The notes: a model not told the origin generated them from the letters alone. 64,000 nt of DNA from Ignavibacteriota bacterium (GCA_963801355.1 CAWDEM010000008.1:2400001-2464000); one strand, 5' to 3'. Positions 1 through 10,646 are shown, numbered from the stretch's first letter. Program-made: numbers and translations.

Positions 1-536
1 CCTTCAATGAACAGCAGATGAGGAAGGTAGGCCGGCATCGCAACGCGTTCGAAAACTTCAAGGAACTCGGCCTGTTCCGCGGTGTAGATGTCGGAGTTCG
101 AGGGTTTGTTCACAGCCACATAGGCCAGCTTCTGCAGGAAGTCCGGTGATGTCATCTTCGGGTGGTTCAATCCGACCGGCGATGAAGCGACGAACGTGAA
201 GAAATCCAGATACTTCTTTCCGTTCTTCGCGTCAACAATGTAGCTCCCGCGGCTCTTCCGGAGATCGATGACAATATCAAACCCGTCGATGAGCATGTGT
301 TTCCGCAGTGTTGGAAGAACCCGATCCGGCGTGATGGCCGGTCCCGTCATCAATGGTGCCTGCGACGTCCGTTTCCCCGGACGAGGTGTGCTCGTTTTCA
401 GGGACCTCTTGCCCGCCTGGCGGCGCAAGTCTGTTTTCAGGGGCCTCTTGCCCGCCGGGCGGCGCAAGTCTGTTTTCACGGGCCTCTTGCCCGCCGGGCG
501 GCGGGGCCGCTGTGCACGACGTTTGCCAATAGCCAT
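1..536 (-). CDS. lat: L-lysine 6-transaminase (class III PLP aminotransferase), 5' part only, with basic repeat N-terminal extension
   Basis: Not in the ORF track because it runs off the window. Manual translation from ATG 536 (SD AAGGAG) gives MAIGKRR...LRKHMLIDGFDIVIDLRKSRGSYIVDAKNGKKYLDFFTFVASSPVGLNHP...AVNKPSNSDIY...FIEG, typical of Lat. Alternative start ATG at 350. Confidence 0.85.
   Translation of the reverse strand, partial: MAIGKRRAQRPRRPAGKRPVKTDLRRPAGKRPLKTDLRRQAGKRSLKTSTPRPGKRTSQAPLMTGPAITPDRVLPTLRKHMLIDGFDIVIDLRKSRGSYIVDAKNGKKYLDFFTFVASSPVGLNHPKMTSPDFLQKLAYVAVNKPSNSDIYTAEQAEFLEVFERVAMPAYLPHLLFIE
394..503. repeat. 39-bp tandem repeat, ~2.8 copies, in frame within lat (RRPAGKRPxKTDL)
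   Basis: Unit gttttcaggg(a/g)cctcttgcccgcc(t/g)ggcggcgcaagtct starts at 394, 433 and 472 (third copy has minor variation and is partial). Confidence 0.9.
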
Positions 537-693
537 GGTTCTGCTCCTTCTTGGTCAGTTGACTCGGTGAGAACTCTGGTGAAATCCGGGGGAGGGAACA
601 GCGGTCCCCTCCCTCCACGGAGCAGGATGGCTCAATAGAACTCGTTGTGCTCGAAAAGCGAGACGAAGTAGAGAGGCTGATGCGTCACACTGA

Positions 694-2187
694 TCACTTA
701 TCGTAGTTGTCAATCTGGGCGCGCTGCAATCCGCCGCTGTAATCGATGTAGACGGTCTTCCACTCGGAGAAGAAATCGTAGACCGTCCACCCGCCTTCAC
801 GGTGACCGTTGCCCGTTTGCTTGACTCCGCCGAACGGCATATGGGCCTCGGCTCCGATCGTCGGTGCATTGATGTATGTAATGCCGGCCTTGATATCACG
901 AATGGCCGTGTAGGCATCGTTGATGTTTGTGGTGTAGACTGATGAGGAGAGGCCGTAGATCGTGTCATTCATCACATGGATCCCCTCGTCGAGCGAGCGC
1001 ACCTTGAGAACCGAGAGCACCGGCCCGAAAATCTCTTCCTTTGCGATCCGGTGATGGGGCTGCACGTCCACAAATATCGTCGGCTCGTGGAACCATCCGC
1101 CGGCGAGGGCGGGATCCCCTGGGACGCCGCCGCCGAACGCAAGCCTCGCACCTTCCTGCAGACCTATCTGCACGTAGCTCTTGACGGTGTCCTGCTGTCC
1201 CTGGTTCACGCAGGGACCCACATCGACGCCTTCCAGGAGGCCATTCCCCAGTTTCAGCTTCGCCACGCGTGTGACGAGCATCTCCATGAAGGTATCATAG
1301 ATGTTCTCGTGGAGCACCAGACGGCTCGTCGCCGTGCAGCGCTGCCCCGTCGTCCCGAAGGCGCCCCAGACCACTCCGTCGAGCGCAAGGGCCAGGTCCG
1401 CATCGGGCATCACCAGCTGGGCGTTTTTTCCGCCGAGTTCCAACGAGACACGCTTCAATGTCGACGCCGCAACTTCGGAGATCTTTTTCCCCACCGCCGT
1501 CGAGCCGGTGAAGCTGACAAGATCTACATCCGGATGGCCGACAATCCCCATACCGACTTCCCCACCGCCGCCATGCACGATATTGATCACCCCTTCGGGG
1601 ACGCCCGCGTCCAGAAGGATCTCCACAAGCGATGTCGCTGTGGCGGGAGTGTCCGATGCCGGCTTGAACACCACCGTGTTGCCGCAGAGCAGTGCAGGGA
1701 AGATCTTCCACGTGGGAATGGCCATCGGAAAGTTCCACGGGGTCACCACCCCCGCAACGCCGATCGGGACACGCATCGCCATATTGAACTTGTTCGGCAA
1801 TTCAGACGGGACGGTATGCCCGAAGAGGCGGCGCCCTTCACTCGATGCGTAGTACGCCGTGTCGATCCCTTCCTGTACGTCACCGCGGGTCTCGGTGAGC
1901 ACCTTGCCCATTTCGCGGGTCATCTGACGCGCAAGTTCTTCCTTCCGGGCAACCATGAGATCGCCGACCCTGCGCATGATGTCGCCGCGCTTCGGAGCGG
2001 GAACCAGCCGCCACTTCTCAAACGCCGCCCTGGCAGACTTCACGGCCTCGTCGACATCTTCCTTGCCGGATTTGGGAAAGGCTCCGACAACCTCCTCCCA
2101 ATGTGCGGGATTGCGGTTCTCAAAAGTTCTGCCCGATTTCGCATCCACCCACTTGCCGTTGATGAAATTCTGGAATTTCTTCGCCAT
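694..2187 (-). CDS. NAD(P)-dependent aldehyde dehydrogenase, possibly 2-aminoadipate semialdehyde/piperideine-6-carboxylate dehydrogenase
   Basis: PWNFP, FTGS, LELGGKN, catalytic GQRC and EEIFGP motifs. Substrate inferred only from adjacency to lat. Confidence 0.9.
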   Translation of the reverse strand: MAKKFQNFINGKWVDAKSGRTFENRNPAHWEEVVGAFPKSGKEDVDEAVKSARAAFEKWRLVPAPKRGDIMRRVGDLMVARKEELARQMTREMGKVLTETRGDVQEGIDTAYYASSEGRRLFGHTVPSELPNKFNMAMRVPIGVAGVVTPWNFPMAIPTWKIFPALLCGNTVVFKPASDTPATATSLVEILLDAGVPEGVINIVHGGGGEVGMGIVGHPDVDLVSFTGSTAVGKKISEVAASTLKRVSLELGGKNAQLVMPDADLALALDGVVWGAFGTTGQRCTATSRLVLHENIYDTFMEMLVTRVAKLKLGNGLLEGVDVGPCVNQGQQDTVKSYVQIGLQEGARLAFGGGVPGDPALAGGWFHEPTIFVDVQPHHRIAKEEIFGPVLSVLKVRSLDEGIHVMNDTIYGLSSSVYTTNINDAYTAIRDIKAGITYINAPTIGAEAHMPFGGVKQTGNGHREGGWTVYDFFSEWKTVYIDYSGGLQRAQIDNYDK

Positions 2188-2210
2188 GCTATCCTCGTGG
2201 TGTTCGATAC

Positions 2211-3506
2211 TCAGTCCAGACCCGCACGCGCAAAGAGATAGTCCACGTTGCGCATTGCGCGCTGAAGGTCAAACAACTCTTCCACTTCCGCCTGTGTCAG
2301 TGTTCCCATGACTTCCCGGGACTGGAGCAACAGCTCTTTGAAATCCTTCCCCTCTTGCCACACCTCCATGGCCGCTTTCTGCACGATCCGGTACGCATCC
2401 TCCCGCTTCATCCCTTTCGTCGTGAGGGCCAGGAGCACCGACTGCGAAAAAATCAGTCCGCGGGTGCGGTCGAGATTCTGCCGCATATGTTCCGGGTACA
2501 CGAGCAACTGGTCGAGCACTTCGGTCATCTCATGCACCATGTAGTCGAGAAGGATGCAACTGTCCGGCACGACGATCCTTTCGACGGACGAATGGGTGAT
2601 GTCACGCTCGTGCCACAATGCAACGTTTTCCATTGCAGCGAGCGCGTTGCCGCGCAACACACGCGCCAGCCCGGCGATCCGTTCGCAGGTGATGGGGTTG
2701 CGCTTGTGCGGCATGGCGGAGGAACCCTTCTGCCCCTTTGCGAAGTACTCTTCCGCTTCAAGCACCTCCGTCTTCTGCAAATGACGGATTTCCGTGGCAA
2801 ACTTTTCAAGGGATGCGCCGATCACCGCCAGCGTGGTCATGAATTCCGCATGGCGGTCGCGTTGCACCACCTGCGTCGAGATCGGTGCGGGCTTCAGCCC
2901 CAGCTTCTCGCAGACATACTCCTCAACCCTGGGGCTCAGGTGCTCGAATGTCCCGACCGCGCCCGAAACCTGGCCGACCGCGATGCGCTCAAGCGCCGAC
3001 GTCAGGCGGGCGATATTGCGCCGGGTTTCGTCGTACCAGAGCGCCAGCTTGAGCCCGAACGTGACCGGCTCGGCATGAACGCCGTGAGTCCGGCCCACCA
3101 TCACGGTCAGCTTGAATTCCCGTGCCCGCCGCGCAAGAACCTCTTCCAGGGCCCGTAGATCCTCCAGGAGCAGCTCGCCGGACTGCTTCATCTGCACAGC
3201 CAGGCACGTATCCAGCACATCCGATGAGGTCATGCCGAGATGAATGTAACGCGATTCCGGGCCGACGTACTCGCCGACATTGGTCAGGAACGCGATGACA
3301 TCGTGTTTCACCTCACGTTCAATATCCTCGATGCGCGGCACGTAGAATCGGGCCTTGTCGCGGATGACCTTCACCGCCTCGCGGGGAATGACCCCGAGTT
3401 CCGCCTGCGCTTCACACGCAAGAATTTCAATTTCCAACCAGATCCGGAACTTGTTTTCTTCGTCCCAGATGTTCCCCATCGCGGGGCGCGTATACCGTCG
3501 GATCAT
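2211..3506 (-). CDS. purB: Adenylosuccinate lyase
   Basis: GRTHG and [11 protein letters not shown] signatures; HLGMTSSD; [10 protein letters not shown]. Confidence 0.97.
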   Translation of the reverse strand: MIRRYTRPAMGNIWDEENKFRIWLEIEILACEAQAELGVIPREAVKVIRDKARFYVPRIEDIEREVKHDVIAFLTNVGEYVGPESRYIHLGMTSSDVLDTCLAVQMKQSGELLLEDLRALEEVLARRAREFKLTVMVGRTHGVHAEPVTFGLKLALWYDETRRNIARLTSALERIAVGQVSGAVGTFEHLSPRVEEYVCEKLGLKPAPISTQVVQRDRHAEFMTTLAVIGASLEKFATEIRHLQKTEVLEAEEYFAKGQKGSSAMPHKRNPITCERIAGLARVLRGNALAAMENVALWHERDITHSSVERIVVPDSCILLDYMVHEMTEVLDQLLVYPEHMRQNLDRTRGLIFSQSVLLALTTKGMKREDAYRIVQKAAMEVWQEGKDFKELLLQSREVMGTLTQAEVEELFDLQRAMRNVDYLFARAGLD

Positions 3507-4714
3507 AAGGTCCGTCTCTCCAGGGGAAGTGTGAGATCGATCATTTTGTGCTCACGCAACACCTGTACCCGGAGCGCGTCACCGGTCTTCGCCTCGTCAA
3601 CCACGGCAATCAGCGACGATTCGTCGTTGATCCGCTCGCCGTTGACCGAGAGGATAATGTCGCCGACGCGGAATCCGCCGCGCTCCGCCGGGCTGTTCTT
3701 CTTCACGTCGCTGACAATCACCCCCTGGACCTTCTCGAGGCCGAAATATCGCGCGATGCGCCGGTCGACCGCCTGTATCTCCAAGCCGGTCCAGAAATCA
3801 CGCTCGATCTTGCCTTTCTGCCGGAGTTCCGCAACAATGCTCTTCACGCGATTAATGGGAATGGCGAAGCCCAGACCAATGCTGCCCTGATTGGGAGTAT
3901 AGATCACCGCATTGACGCCGATGACTTCTCCCAGCGCGTTGAGGAGCGGTCCGCCGCTGTTGCCGGAATTGATTGCTGCATCCGTCTGAATCATGCCACG
4001 ATAGACCCGCCCTTCCTCAGCCTGCAGTTTTACCCCGGTGTTGCTCACCACTCCCACGGTGACAGTGGGCTTGTCGTTGATGTCGAAAAGACCGAACGGA
4101 TTGCCCATCGCGATCACCCATTCGCCGACGATCACATCGTCGGAGTTCCCGAGCTTCATGGCGGGCAGATTTTTCACGTCAATCTTCAGGAGCGCAATAT
4201 CGGAAATAAGATCCGTGCCGACCAGGGTGGCCTTGTGCTGCTGCCCGTTCGTGAGTGTGACGGTGATTTCTTTGGCGTTGCCCGCAACATGATCGTTGGT
4301 GAGAACATAACCATCGGAAGAAATAAGAAAGCCGGAACCGAGTCCCTGAACCCGTTGCGTGTACGTCTGGTCGCCGAAGAACTGGCGGAAGAACGGATCG
4401 TCGCCCCAGGGAGACCACTGGCGGTACTGACGGAGCTCGGTGACATTGATGCCCACGACCGCGGGACTGGCGAAAGAGACAGCGCGGGTAATGGCATTCC
4501 TGCGTCCGCCGGTGACCGTTTCAGCCACCGAATCCCGGAGAGCTGAGTCATCGCGTACCGCCTGTGCCCCGGTGAAGACCCCTTCCCCGCCCGGAGTCTG
4601 TCCGGCGGCAACCCCCGGTCCGGAGCCGGTGTGGCCGATACTGTATCCGATCAGACCCCCGCCGAGAAAAGGCACCAGAAGGATCAGCACGGTGATCAGG
4701 ATATTACGTTTCAT
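3503..4714 (-). CDS. HtrA/DegP-family trypsin-like serine protease with PDZ domain
   Basis: N-terminal hydrophobic anchor, [32 protein letters not shown]-terminal PDZ. Confidence 0.93.
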   Translation of the reverse strand: MKRNILITVLILLVPFLGGGLIGYSIGHTGSGPGVAAGQTPGGEGVFTGAQAVRDDSALRDSVAETVTGGRRNAITRAVSFASPAVVGINVTELRQYRQWSPWGDDPFFRQFFGDQTYTQRVQGLGSGFLISSDGYVLTNDHVAGNAKEITVTLTNGQQHKATLVGTDLISDIALLKIDVKNLPAMKLGNSDDVIVGEWVIAMGNPFGLFDINDKPTVTVGVVSNTGVKLQAEEGRVYRGMIQTDAAINSGNSGGPLLNALGEVIGVNAVIYTPNQGSIGLGFAIPINRVKSIVAELRQKGKIERDFWTGLEIQAVDRRIARYFGLEKVQGVIVSDVKKNSPAERGGFRVGDIILSVNGERINDESSLIAVVDEAKTGDALRVQVLREHKMIDLTLPLERRTL

Positions 4715-5352
4715 CGCGTCCTCGTCTTGTCTTCGTCCGGATGCAATTTCTGCGTGAGAAAGTCCCTCACCGGTTCAATATGCCGCAGGAGAATCACACT
4801 CATGAGTGCGACGATGAACCAGCGGATAGTCCCGCTGCCGGCTCCGCATCCCGGGAGGTCGAATGCCACGGAGGGAACAATCGCCCCCGCTATCATGAGG
4901 AGTACCGACGCCACCGCATTGGCAGGGTTGATGCTCCTCAGGAGAGCAAAGGCTCCAGCCCAGAGGATCAGCCATGCGGGAAGGATCAGCCAGCAGACAA
5001 CCAGGGCGGCACCAGCCGCAGCGGCCAGTCCCCTCCCACCACGAAATCCGAGCCAGACCGGAAAGTTATGCCCGGCAACCGCACTCACACCGGCAAGTGC
5101 GGCGTACACCGCATTTCCCTCGGCAACCGCACCACCCAACAGCGCTGCACCCGCACCTTTCAGAAGATCTGCAATCAGCACACATACGCCGAGAGCCCAT
5201 GAGCGTGTGACCTGAAAGCTGTTCAGAGCCCCGACGTTGCCGCTGCCGGCGTTTCTGATGTCAATTCGTGATTTCCAGCGTACAAAAAGGTAGGCAGTCG
5301 GAATGGAACCCACGACATAGCCCAGGACGACAGACAGCGCAATTCGGCCCAC
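4711..5352 (-). CDS. plsY: Glycerol-3-phosphate acyltransferase PlsY
   Basis: [34 protein letters not shown] motifs. Confidence 0.9.
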   Translation of the reverse strand: MGRIALSVVLGYVVGSIPTAYLFVRWKSRIDIRNAGSGNVGALNSFQVTRSWALGVCVLIADLLKGAGAALLGGAVAEGNAVYAALAGVSAVAGHNFPVWLGFRGGRGLAAAAGAALVVCWLILPAWLILWAGAFALLRSINPANAVASVLLMIAGAIVPSVAFDLPGCGAGSGTIRWFIVALMSVILLRHIEPVRDFLTQKLHPDEDKTRTR

Positions 5353-5383
5353 GCGACCTCATGAATCAGGGGTGCTTGAACAT

Positions 5384-5455
5384 AATGTACGAAAAGGGGG
5401 CAGGAGAGTCAATCTGAGCACTTTCCTTGCTATTCCTGATGGAATAGAGTATATT
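5384..5455. promoter_or_regulatory. Back-to-back sigma70 promoters for plsY (-) and larB (+)
   Basis: Minus: TTGACT(5412-5407)-17-TACATT(5389-5384). Plus: TTGCTA(5427)-17-TATATT(5450-5455), 9 nt before the larB ATG. Confidence 0.65.
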
Positions 5456-5464
5456 TTTCGCGGC

Positions 5465-6220
5465 ATGAGCACTGTAACCCTACAAACCCTGCTCGCCCGC
5501 TACAAGAAGGGGACGCTGACCGAAGCGGAACTCCTCCGCAGCCTGCCTGAACACATGTTCGAGTCGCTGGGCTTTGCGACTGTGGACCATCACAGGGAAA
5601 TCCGCCAGGGCTTTCCAGAGGTCATCTTCTGTCAGGGCAAAACGCCCGATCAAGTCGCGCAGATCGCGCGGGCGATTGTCCGGCGCAAATGCATCCTCCT
5701 GGCAACCAGGGCGGATCGCAGTCACTACACGGCGGTGCACCGCATCATCCGGTCCGCACGGTACAACCCACAGGCACGGACGATTCTCGCGAATGCACAT
5801 CTGGTGAAACAGCGCGGAGAGGGAACCATATTGATCGTCACCGCGGGGACTTCGGACATCCCGGTGGCGGAGGAAGCGCGCGTGACCGCCGAGGCGCTGG
5901 GCAACACAACCGACCGGTTGTTTGATGTCGGTGTCGCGGGTATTCATCGCATCCTGATGCAGAGCGAGAAACTGCGAGCTGCGCGCATTATCATCGTCGT
6001 GGCCGGCATGGAGGGGGCGCTGGCGAGCGTTGTGGGGGGAATGGTCTCAGTGCCGGTGATCGCGGTGCCTACTTCTGTGGGATACGGGGCCAGCTTCCAC
6101 GGCCTTTCAGCGCTACTTGGCATGCTGAACTCATGCGCAGCAGGCGTCACCGTGGTGAATATCGACAACGGGTTCGGTGCGGGATATGCTGCAGCGCTGA
6201 TGAACAGAGCCCGGGATTGA
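5465..6220 (+). CDS. larB: Nickel pincer cofactor biosynthesis protein LarB (PurE-like)
   Basis: [65 protein letters not shown]. Start moved to ATG 5465 behind the promoter. Confidence 0.9.
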   Translation: MSTVTLQTLLARYKKGTLTEAELLRSLPEHMFESLGFATVDHHREIRQGFPEVIFCQGKTPDQVAQIARAIVRRKCILLATRADRSHYTAVHRIIRSARYNPQARTILANAHLVKQRGEGTILIVTAGTSDIPVAEEARVTAEALGNTTDRLFDVGVAGIHRILMQSEKLRAARIIIVVAGMEGALASVVGGMVSVPVIAVPTSVGYGASFHGLSALLGMLNSCAAGVTVVNIDNGFGAGYAAALMNRARD

Positions 6221-6245
6221 ATGCAACTCTCCGGTTTTCTATATT
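6217..6245 (+). promoter_or_regulatory. Putative sigma70 promoter
   Basis: TTGAAT-17-TATATT upstream of the nucleotidyltransferase gene. Confidence 0.55.
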
Positions 6246-6297
6246 TTAGCGTCACGTGCTACTGGCCGTTCCATCCACAACTTCGCCCGACACGCAC

Positions 6298-8808
6298 ATG
6301 AAAGCCGTCATAATGGCAGGTGGTTTCGGGACGAGGCTTCGTCCCCTGACCTGTAACATTCCCAAGCCGATGGTGCCTCTCATGAATAAACCCATGATGC
6401 ATCATATCGTTTCCCTGCTGAAGCGCCACGGGCTTGGGGACATCATTGCCACGCTCTTCTACACTCCCGAGGTGATCACCAGCTATTTCGGCGACGGATC
6501 ACAGTTCGGCGTGAAGATGCATTATGTGCGGGCCGAAGCGGATTACGGCACCGCCGGCAGCGTCCGGAATGCCACCAAAGGAATGCACGAACGGATTATC
6601 ATCATCAGCGGCGATGTGCTCACGGATTTCGACCTCACAGCAGCGCTGCAGTATCACGAAGCGAAGAAAGCAAAAGCCACCATTGTCCTCACACATGCCG
6701 CCAACCCGCTCCAGTTCGGCGTCGTGATCACCGACGAGAACGGCAAGATTACGCGGTTCCTGGAAAAACCCTCCTGGGGCGAAGTGTTCAGTGACACGAT
6801 CAATACCGGGATCTATATCCTCGAACCCGAAGTGCTGGAGATGATTCCGTACCGTGAGGATTTTGATTTCAGCAAAGATCTCTTCCCGCTTCTCCTCCGG
6901 CAGGATGCCGGTCTCTACGGATGCACCGCCGACGGCTACTGGCGTGACGTCGGCAACCTGAACGAGTACCAGGATGCGCACATCGACGCGTTGAACGGCG
7001 GCGTCCGGATTGACATCCCGGGAGAACTCGTCGGTAACGCCTGGATCGGAGAAGGATCGCATCCGGTTCCCGCGTCTGTGCAGCTGAGCGGCAGAGTGGT
7101 CATCGGACGGAACTGCACGATCGGAGAAGGAGTGAAGATCGCCAACAGCGTCATCGGCGACAATTGTGTGATCGGCCCGGGGACGATCATCAGCAACTCG
7201 GTGGTATGGAGTGACGTGGTGCTCGGCCACAGCAGCGAACTGTCGGCCGACGTTGTGGGTTCGAAGTGCTCGATCGGCGAGAAGACCGTCATCGCCGAGA
7301 ATGTCTTCATCGGCGACGGCTGCTGGGTCGGCCGGGGTGCACGGCTCAGTGCCAACATCAAGTTGTGGCCGGAAAAAGTGGTTGAAGAAGGCGCGGTCCT
7401 GACCCGCAGCCTGGTATGGGAAGACAAGTGGCTGCGGGAGCTCTTCACCGATTCGCGTGTCACGGGATTGTCGAACATTGAGATGAACCCGGAGTTCGGC
7501 GCGAAGTTGGGCGCGGCGTACGGCGCGTTCATTGGTGCCGGCAAGACTGTGGTCACCTGCCGTGATGCGGACAACGTGTCGCGAATGATGAACCGCGCGC
7601 TCCTGTGCGGACTGGTCTCCGCCGGCGTGAACACCTTCGACCTGCGGGCGCTCTCGATTCCCCTGCTCCGGCATGAACTGAGCAGCGGCAAGGAAGCCGG
7701 CGGCATCCATGTGCGCCGCAATCCGTCCGACAAGAACCTCACAGATATCATTTTCTTCGATGCCAACGGCAAGGATTTGCCCACCAGCAGAACCAAGAAC
7801 GTCGAACGCCTCTTTTTCGGTGAGGACTTTGCGCGCGCCCCGCGGGAGAAAGTGGGCTCCATTTCCTTCCCCGAACGTACGACCGAGGCGTACAAGGAGA
7901 AGTTCCTCTCGTCATTGGAGGTCGACGCGATCAACCGGAAGAAGTTCAAGCTGGTGATCGATTATTCCAATGGCGTTGCGTCGACGATTTTCCCGATCAT
8001 CCTCAGCTCGTTCGACTGTCAGGTCGTTGCCCTGAACGCCCACCTGGATCCGAAAAGGCTCACACGCGACAAGTACGAGTTCGAATATTCCATGAAACAG
8101 CTGGCGCACATCGTGACATCACTGAAGTACGATCTCGGATGTCTTATCGACGGCGGCGGGGAGCGGCTGTTCCTGGTGAACGAAAACGGGGCGATGCTCG
8201 ACAGCGACCGGCTGCTGACCGTGGTGACGGACATGTTTCTGCAGACGCACGCCAACGTCGAAGGTATCGCCGTGCCGATCACCTCTTCAGGGGAGATCGA
8301 CATGATCGCGGCACGTTACGGCGTCAAGGTCGTGAAGACACGCAACAGCCACCTTGCCATGATGGAAGCGGCTTCCAACAAGAGCGTGCGGTTCATCGGC
8401 GGCACCAAGGGCGGATTCATCTTTTCGGATTTCTTCTTCGCCACCGACGCCATGTACAGCCTCGCCAAACTGCTGGAGATGATGGCGAAAGCCGATAAGC
8501 GTCTGGGCACCTTCGACGCGGAAATCCCGCGCCTCCACAATGCCCGGCGTGCGGTCAACTGTTCATGGGAACACAAGGGAAAAGTCATGCGCCACATCAT
8601 GGCCGACACCGAAGGAAAACGGCGCGACCTGGTTGACGGCATCAAAGTCTATTTTGAGAACCGCACAGAAGGACTGTCCGTACTCCTTATCCCCGACAAA
8701 GAACGTCCTCTCTTCCACATCAGCGCGGAAGCGGAGGATCAGCAGGCGGCGGACCGGCTGGTCCACCATTACGAACAAAAGGTCATCGCCTGGCGTGATG
8801 AACCATAG
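6298..8808 (+). CDS. Mannose-1-phosphate guanylyltransferase-like NTP transferase fused to hexapeptide repeats and a phosphomannomutase-like domain
   Basis: MKAVIMAGGFGTRLRPLT..PKP, FLEKP, YWRDVG, left-handed beta-helix repeats, C-terminal PGM/PMM-fold region. Confidence 0.88.
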   Translation: MKAVIMAGGFGTRLRPLTCNIPKPMVPLMNKPMMHHIVSLLKRHGLGDIIATLFYTPEVITSYFGDGSQFGVKMHYVRAEADYGTAGSVRNATKGMHERIIIISGDVLTDFDLTAALQYHEAKKAKATIVLTHAANPLQFGVVITDENGKITRFLEKPSWGEVFSDTINTGIYILEPEVLEMIPYREDFDFSKDLFPLLLRQDAGLYGCTADGYWRDVGNLNEYQDAHIDALNGGVRIDIPGELVGNAWIGEGSHPVPASVQLSGRVVIGRNCTIGEGVKIANSVIGDNCVIGPGTIISNSVVWSDVVLGHSSELSADVVGSKCSIGEKTVIAENVFIGDGCWVGRGARLSANIKLWPEKVVEEGAVLTRSLVWEDKWLRELFTDSRVTGLSNIEMNPEFGAKLGAAYGAFIGAGKTVVTCRDADNVSRMMNRALLCGLVSAGVNTFDLRALSIPLLRHELSSGKEAGGIHVRRNPSDKNLTDIIFFDANGKDLPTSRTKNVERLFFGEDFARAPREKVGSISFPERTTEAYKEKFLSSLEVDAINRKKFKLVIDYSNGVASTIFPIILSSFDCQVVALNAHLDPKRLTRDKYEFEYSMKQLAHIVTSLKYDLGCLIDGGGERLFLVNENGAMLDSDRLLTVVTDMFLQTHANVEGIAVPITSSGEIDMIAARYGVKVVKTRNSHLAMMEAASNKSVRFIGGTKGGFIFSDFFFATDAMYSLAKLLEMMAKADKRLGTFDAEIPRLHNARRAVNCSWEHKGKVMRHIMADTEGKRRDLVDGIKVYFENRTEGLSVLLIPDKERPLFHISAEAEDQQAADRLVHHYEQKVIAWRDEP

Positions 8809-8823
8809 GAAAGTGCCAGCACA

Positions 8824-9294
8824 ATGAAAATCAGCGACATCCTTACCGAAGACCTCGTTATTGCCCGGCTGAAGGGGACTTCCAAGCAGGAAATTATCGA
8901 CGCGATGGTGGATCTCGTCGCGGCTTCCCCAAAAGTCCTCGACAAGGCAAAGGTCCGCGCAGCAATCTTTGAACGGGAAGAAATCATGTCCACCGGCGTC
9001 GGAAACGGATTCGCCATCCCGCACGGCAAGACAGACGCTGTCACAGACATCGTTGCGGGGTTCGCGGTGACCGAACGGGACATTGACTACGATTCGCTGG
9101 ACGAGAAACCCGTCCGGCTCGTCTTCCTGCTCGTCGGGAAAGATAATCTTGTCGGACCGCACATCAAATTGTTGAGCAGAATTTCTCGCCTGATGAACAA
9201 GGAGGAATTCCGCACGAAGCTCCTCGCCTCGAGCACTGCCCAGGAGATCCTTGACCTTTTCCGGCGCGAAGAAGCGACCTATTTTGAACTCTGA
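8824..9294 (+). CDS. PTS IIA-like protein (PtsN/fructose IIA family)
   Basis: REEIMSTGVGNGFAIPHG phospho-His motif; DSLDEKPVRLVFLL. Confidence 0.9.
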   Translation: MKISDILTEDLVIARLKGTSKQEIIDAMVDLVAASPKVLDKAKVRAAIFEREEIMSTGVGNGFAIPHGKTDAVTDIVAGFAVTERDIDYDSLDEKPVRLVFLLVGKDNLVGPHIKLLSRISRLMNKEEFRTKLLASSTAQEILDLFRREEATYFEL

Positions 9295-9301
9295 GGCACG
9301 C

Positions 9302-9727
9302 ATGCCCGCGCGCTCATCAGCGAAAGAACAGGTCGAACCCGAATACCGCCTCCTCATCGCCCCGCACGTCGCCGAGCGCACGCTCCGCAACGTGACACGC
9401 GTGATCCTCGAAACCACAAAGACCTTCGCCACGTTCTCGTACGAACTCTCTGTGGGGGAAGAAATCGACGACGGCTCCATTTCCCTCTCGGTCCTGGGCT
9501 TCAAAACCCCGCACCTCACGATGCCCGCACCCGGCCCCGCCCGCTTCCGGAAGGAGTACGAAGGTCTGCACGGCATGTACACCCTGGTCATTACAGGAAT
9601 CGACGGTCGGCAAAACAGTTTCTCCCTCCGGATCTCTCCCAAGAAAGTCGAACTACTCACATCACCGCGGAAATCGTTTGTCCAGATCGTCACCGATGCC
9701 TCACACTGGACGTCTCCCACTACTTGA
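9302..9727 (+). CDS. Hypothetical protein (beta-rich)
   Basis: Fills the operon gap between the PTS IIA gene and lgt, in the same orientation; no recognised motif. Confidence 0.7.
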   Translation: MPARSSAKEQVEPEYRLLIAPHVAERTLRNVTRVILETTKTFATFSYELSVGEEIDDGSISLSVLGFKTPHLTMPAPGPARFRKEYEGLHGMYTLVITGIDGRQNSFSLRISPKKVELLTSPRKSFVQIVTDASHWTSPTT

Positions 9728-9737
9728 GTGACATTTC

Positions 9738-10631
9738 ATGATTCCCATCCTCTTCCAGATCGGCCCTCTGCGCGTCTACAGCTACGGATTGATGCTCGGG
9801 ATCGCATTCCTCCTCGGGAGCTACATCCTCTCGCGGCATTTCAAGCGTCACAAGATCGACCCCGCTGCGGCCAACACGATTACCATCCTCGCGGTCATCT
9901 TCGGCATCGGGGGGGCAAAAATCCTGTACCTCATCGAGGATTGGAGCCATTTCGTGCGCGACCCCTGGGGAATGACCTTCTCCGCCGGAGGATTGACCTG
10001 GTATGGCGGCTTCCTCCTGGCGTTGCTTGTGGTGTCGCTCTATGTCCGCTCGAAACGAATACCCTTCCTGAAGGTCTGGGATGGTCTCGGCATTGCCCTC
10101 ATCCTCGCGTACGGCGTTGGACGCATCGGATGTCATCTGTCAGGGGACGGCGATTACGGCGGGCCGACACACCTACCGTGGGGAACCATCTATGTCCAGG
10201 GAACGGCAAAACCCGCTGTGATGCTGCAGGACTATTTTCTGCGTCATCCGGAAGAACGGGTCACCTGGCAGTATGATTCGCTTCGCGTCCTCATCGCCGG
10301 CAAAGACCGGATGGGCAACTACTACTCCCGTTTCGACGAGATCACACCGCTTCATCCGACGCCGATCTACGAGCTCCTCCTGGGGTGCGCGGGATTTGTC
10401 CTTCTCCTCTGGCTACGGGAACGGTTCACCGTTGACGGTATGCTCTTCATGGCGTACCTCATGCTCGCAAGCACGTTCCGGTTTCTTGTGGAGTTCCTCC
10501 GTTTGAATCCCCGCCTCTGGAACGGGCTCTCCGAGGCGCAACTCTTCAGCATCGTACTCTTCTTCATCGGGCTGGCCGGCCTGCTCATCCTTCGCCGCCG
10601 AACACCTCCACTCACCTCAGGAACGGGGTAG
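9738..10631 (+). CDS. lgt: Prolipoprotein diacylglyceryl transferase
   Basis: YSYGLM, GGLTWYGG, GRIGC, PWG, HPTPIYE, RFLVEFLR. Confidence 0.92.
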   Translation: MIPILFQIGPLRVYSYGLMLGIAFLLGSYILSRHFKRHKIDPAAANTITILAVIFGIGGAKILYLIEDWSHFVRDPWGMTFSAGGLTWYGGFLLALLVVSLYVRSKRIPFLKVWDGLGIALILAYGVGRIGCHLSGDGDYGGPTHLPWGTIYVQGTAKPAVMLQDYFLRHPEERVTWQYDSLRVLIAGKDRMGNYYSRFDEITPLHPTPIYELLLGCAGFVLLLWLRERFTVDGMLFMAYLMLASTFRFLVEFLRLNPRLWNGLSEAQLFSIVLFFIGLAGLLILRRRTPPLTSGTG

Positions 10632-10646
10632 GCCCCGCGGCACGCC

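Noticed and set aside
268-638. ORF-track entries 268..570, 277..618 and 297..638
   Set aside because: Alternative frames over the true lat frame, kept open by the 39-bp repeat and high GC.
632-688. 18-codon minus-strand ORF (VTHQPLYFVSLFEHNEFY) between the ALDH gene and lat, followed by a GC hairpin at ~588-616
   Set aside because: No SD and no Lys codons to suggest a lysine leader peptide; too short to support without conservation data.
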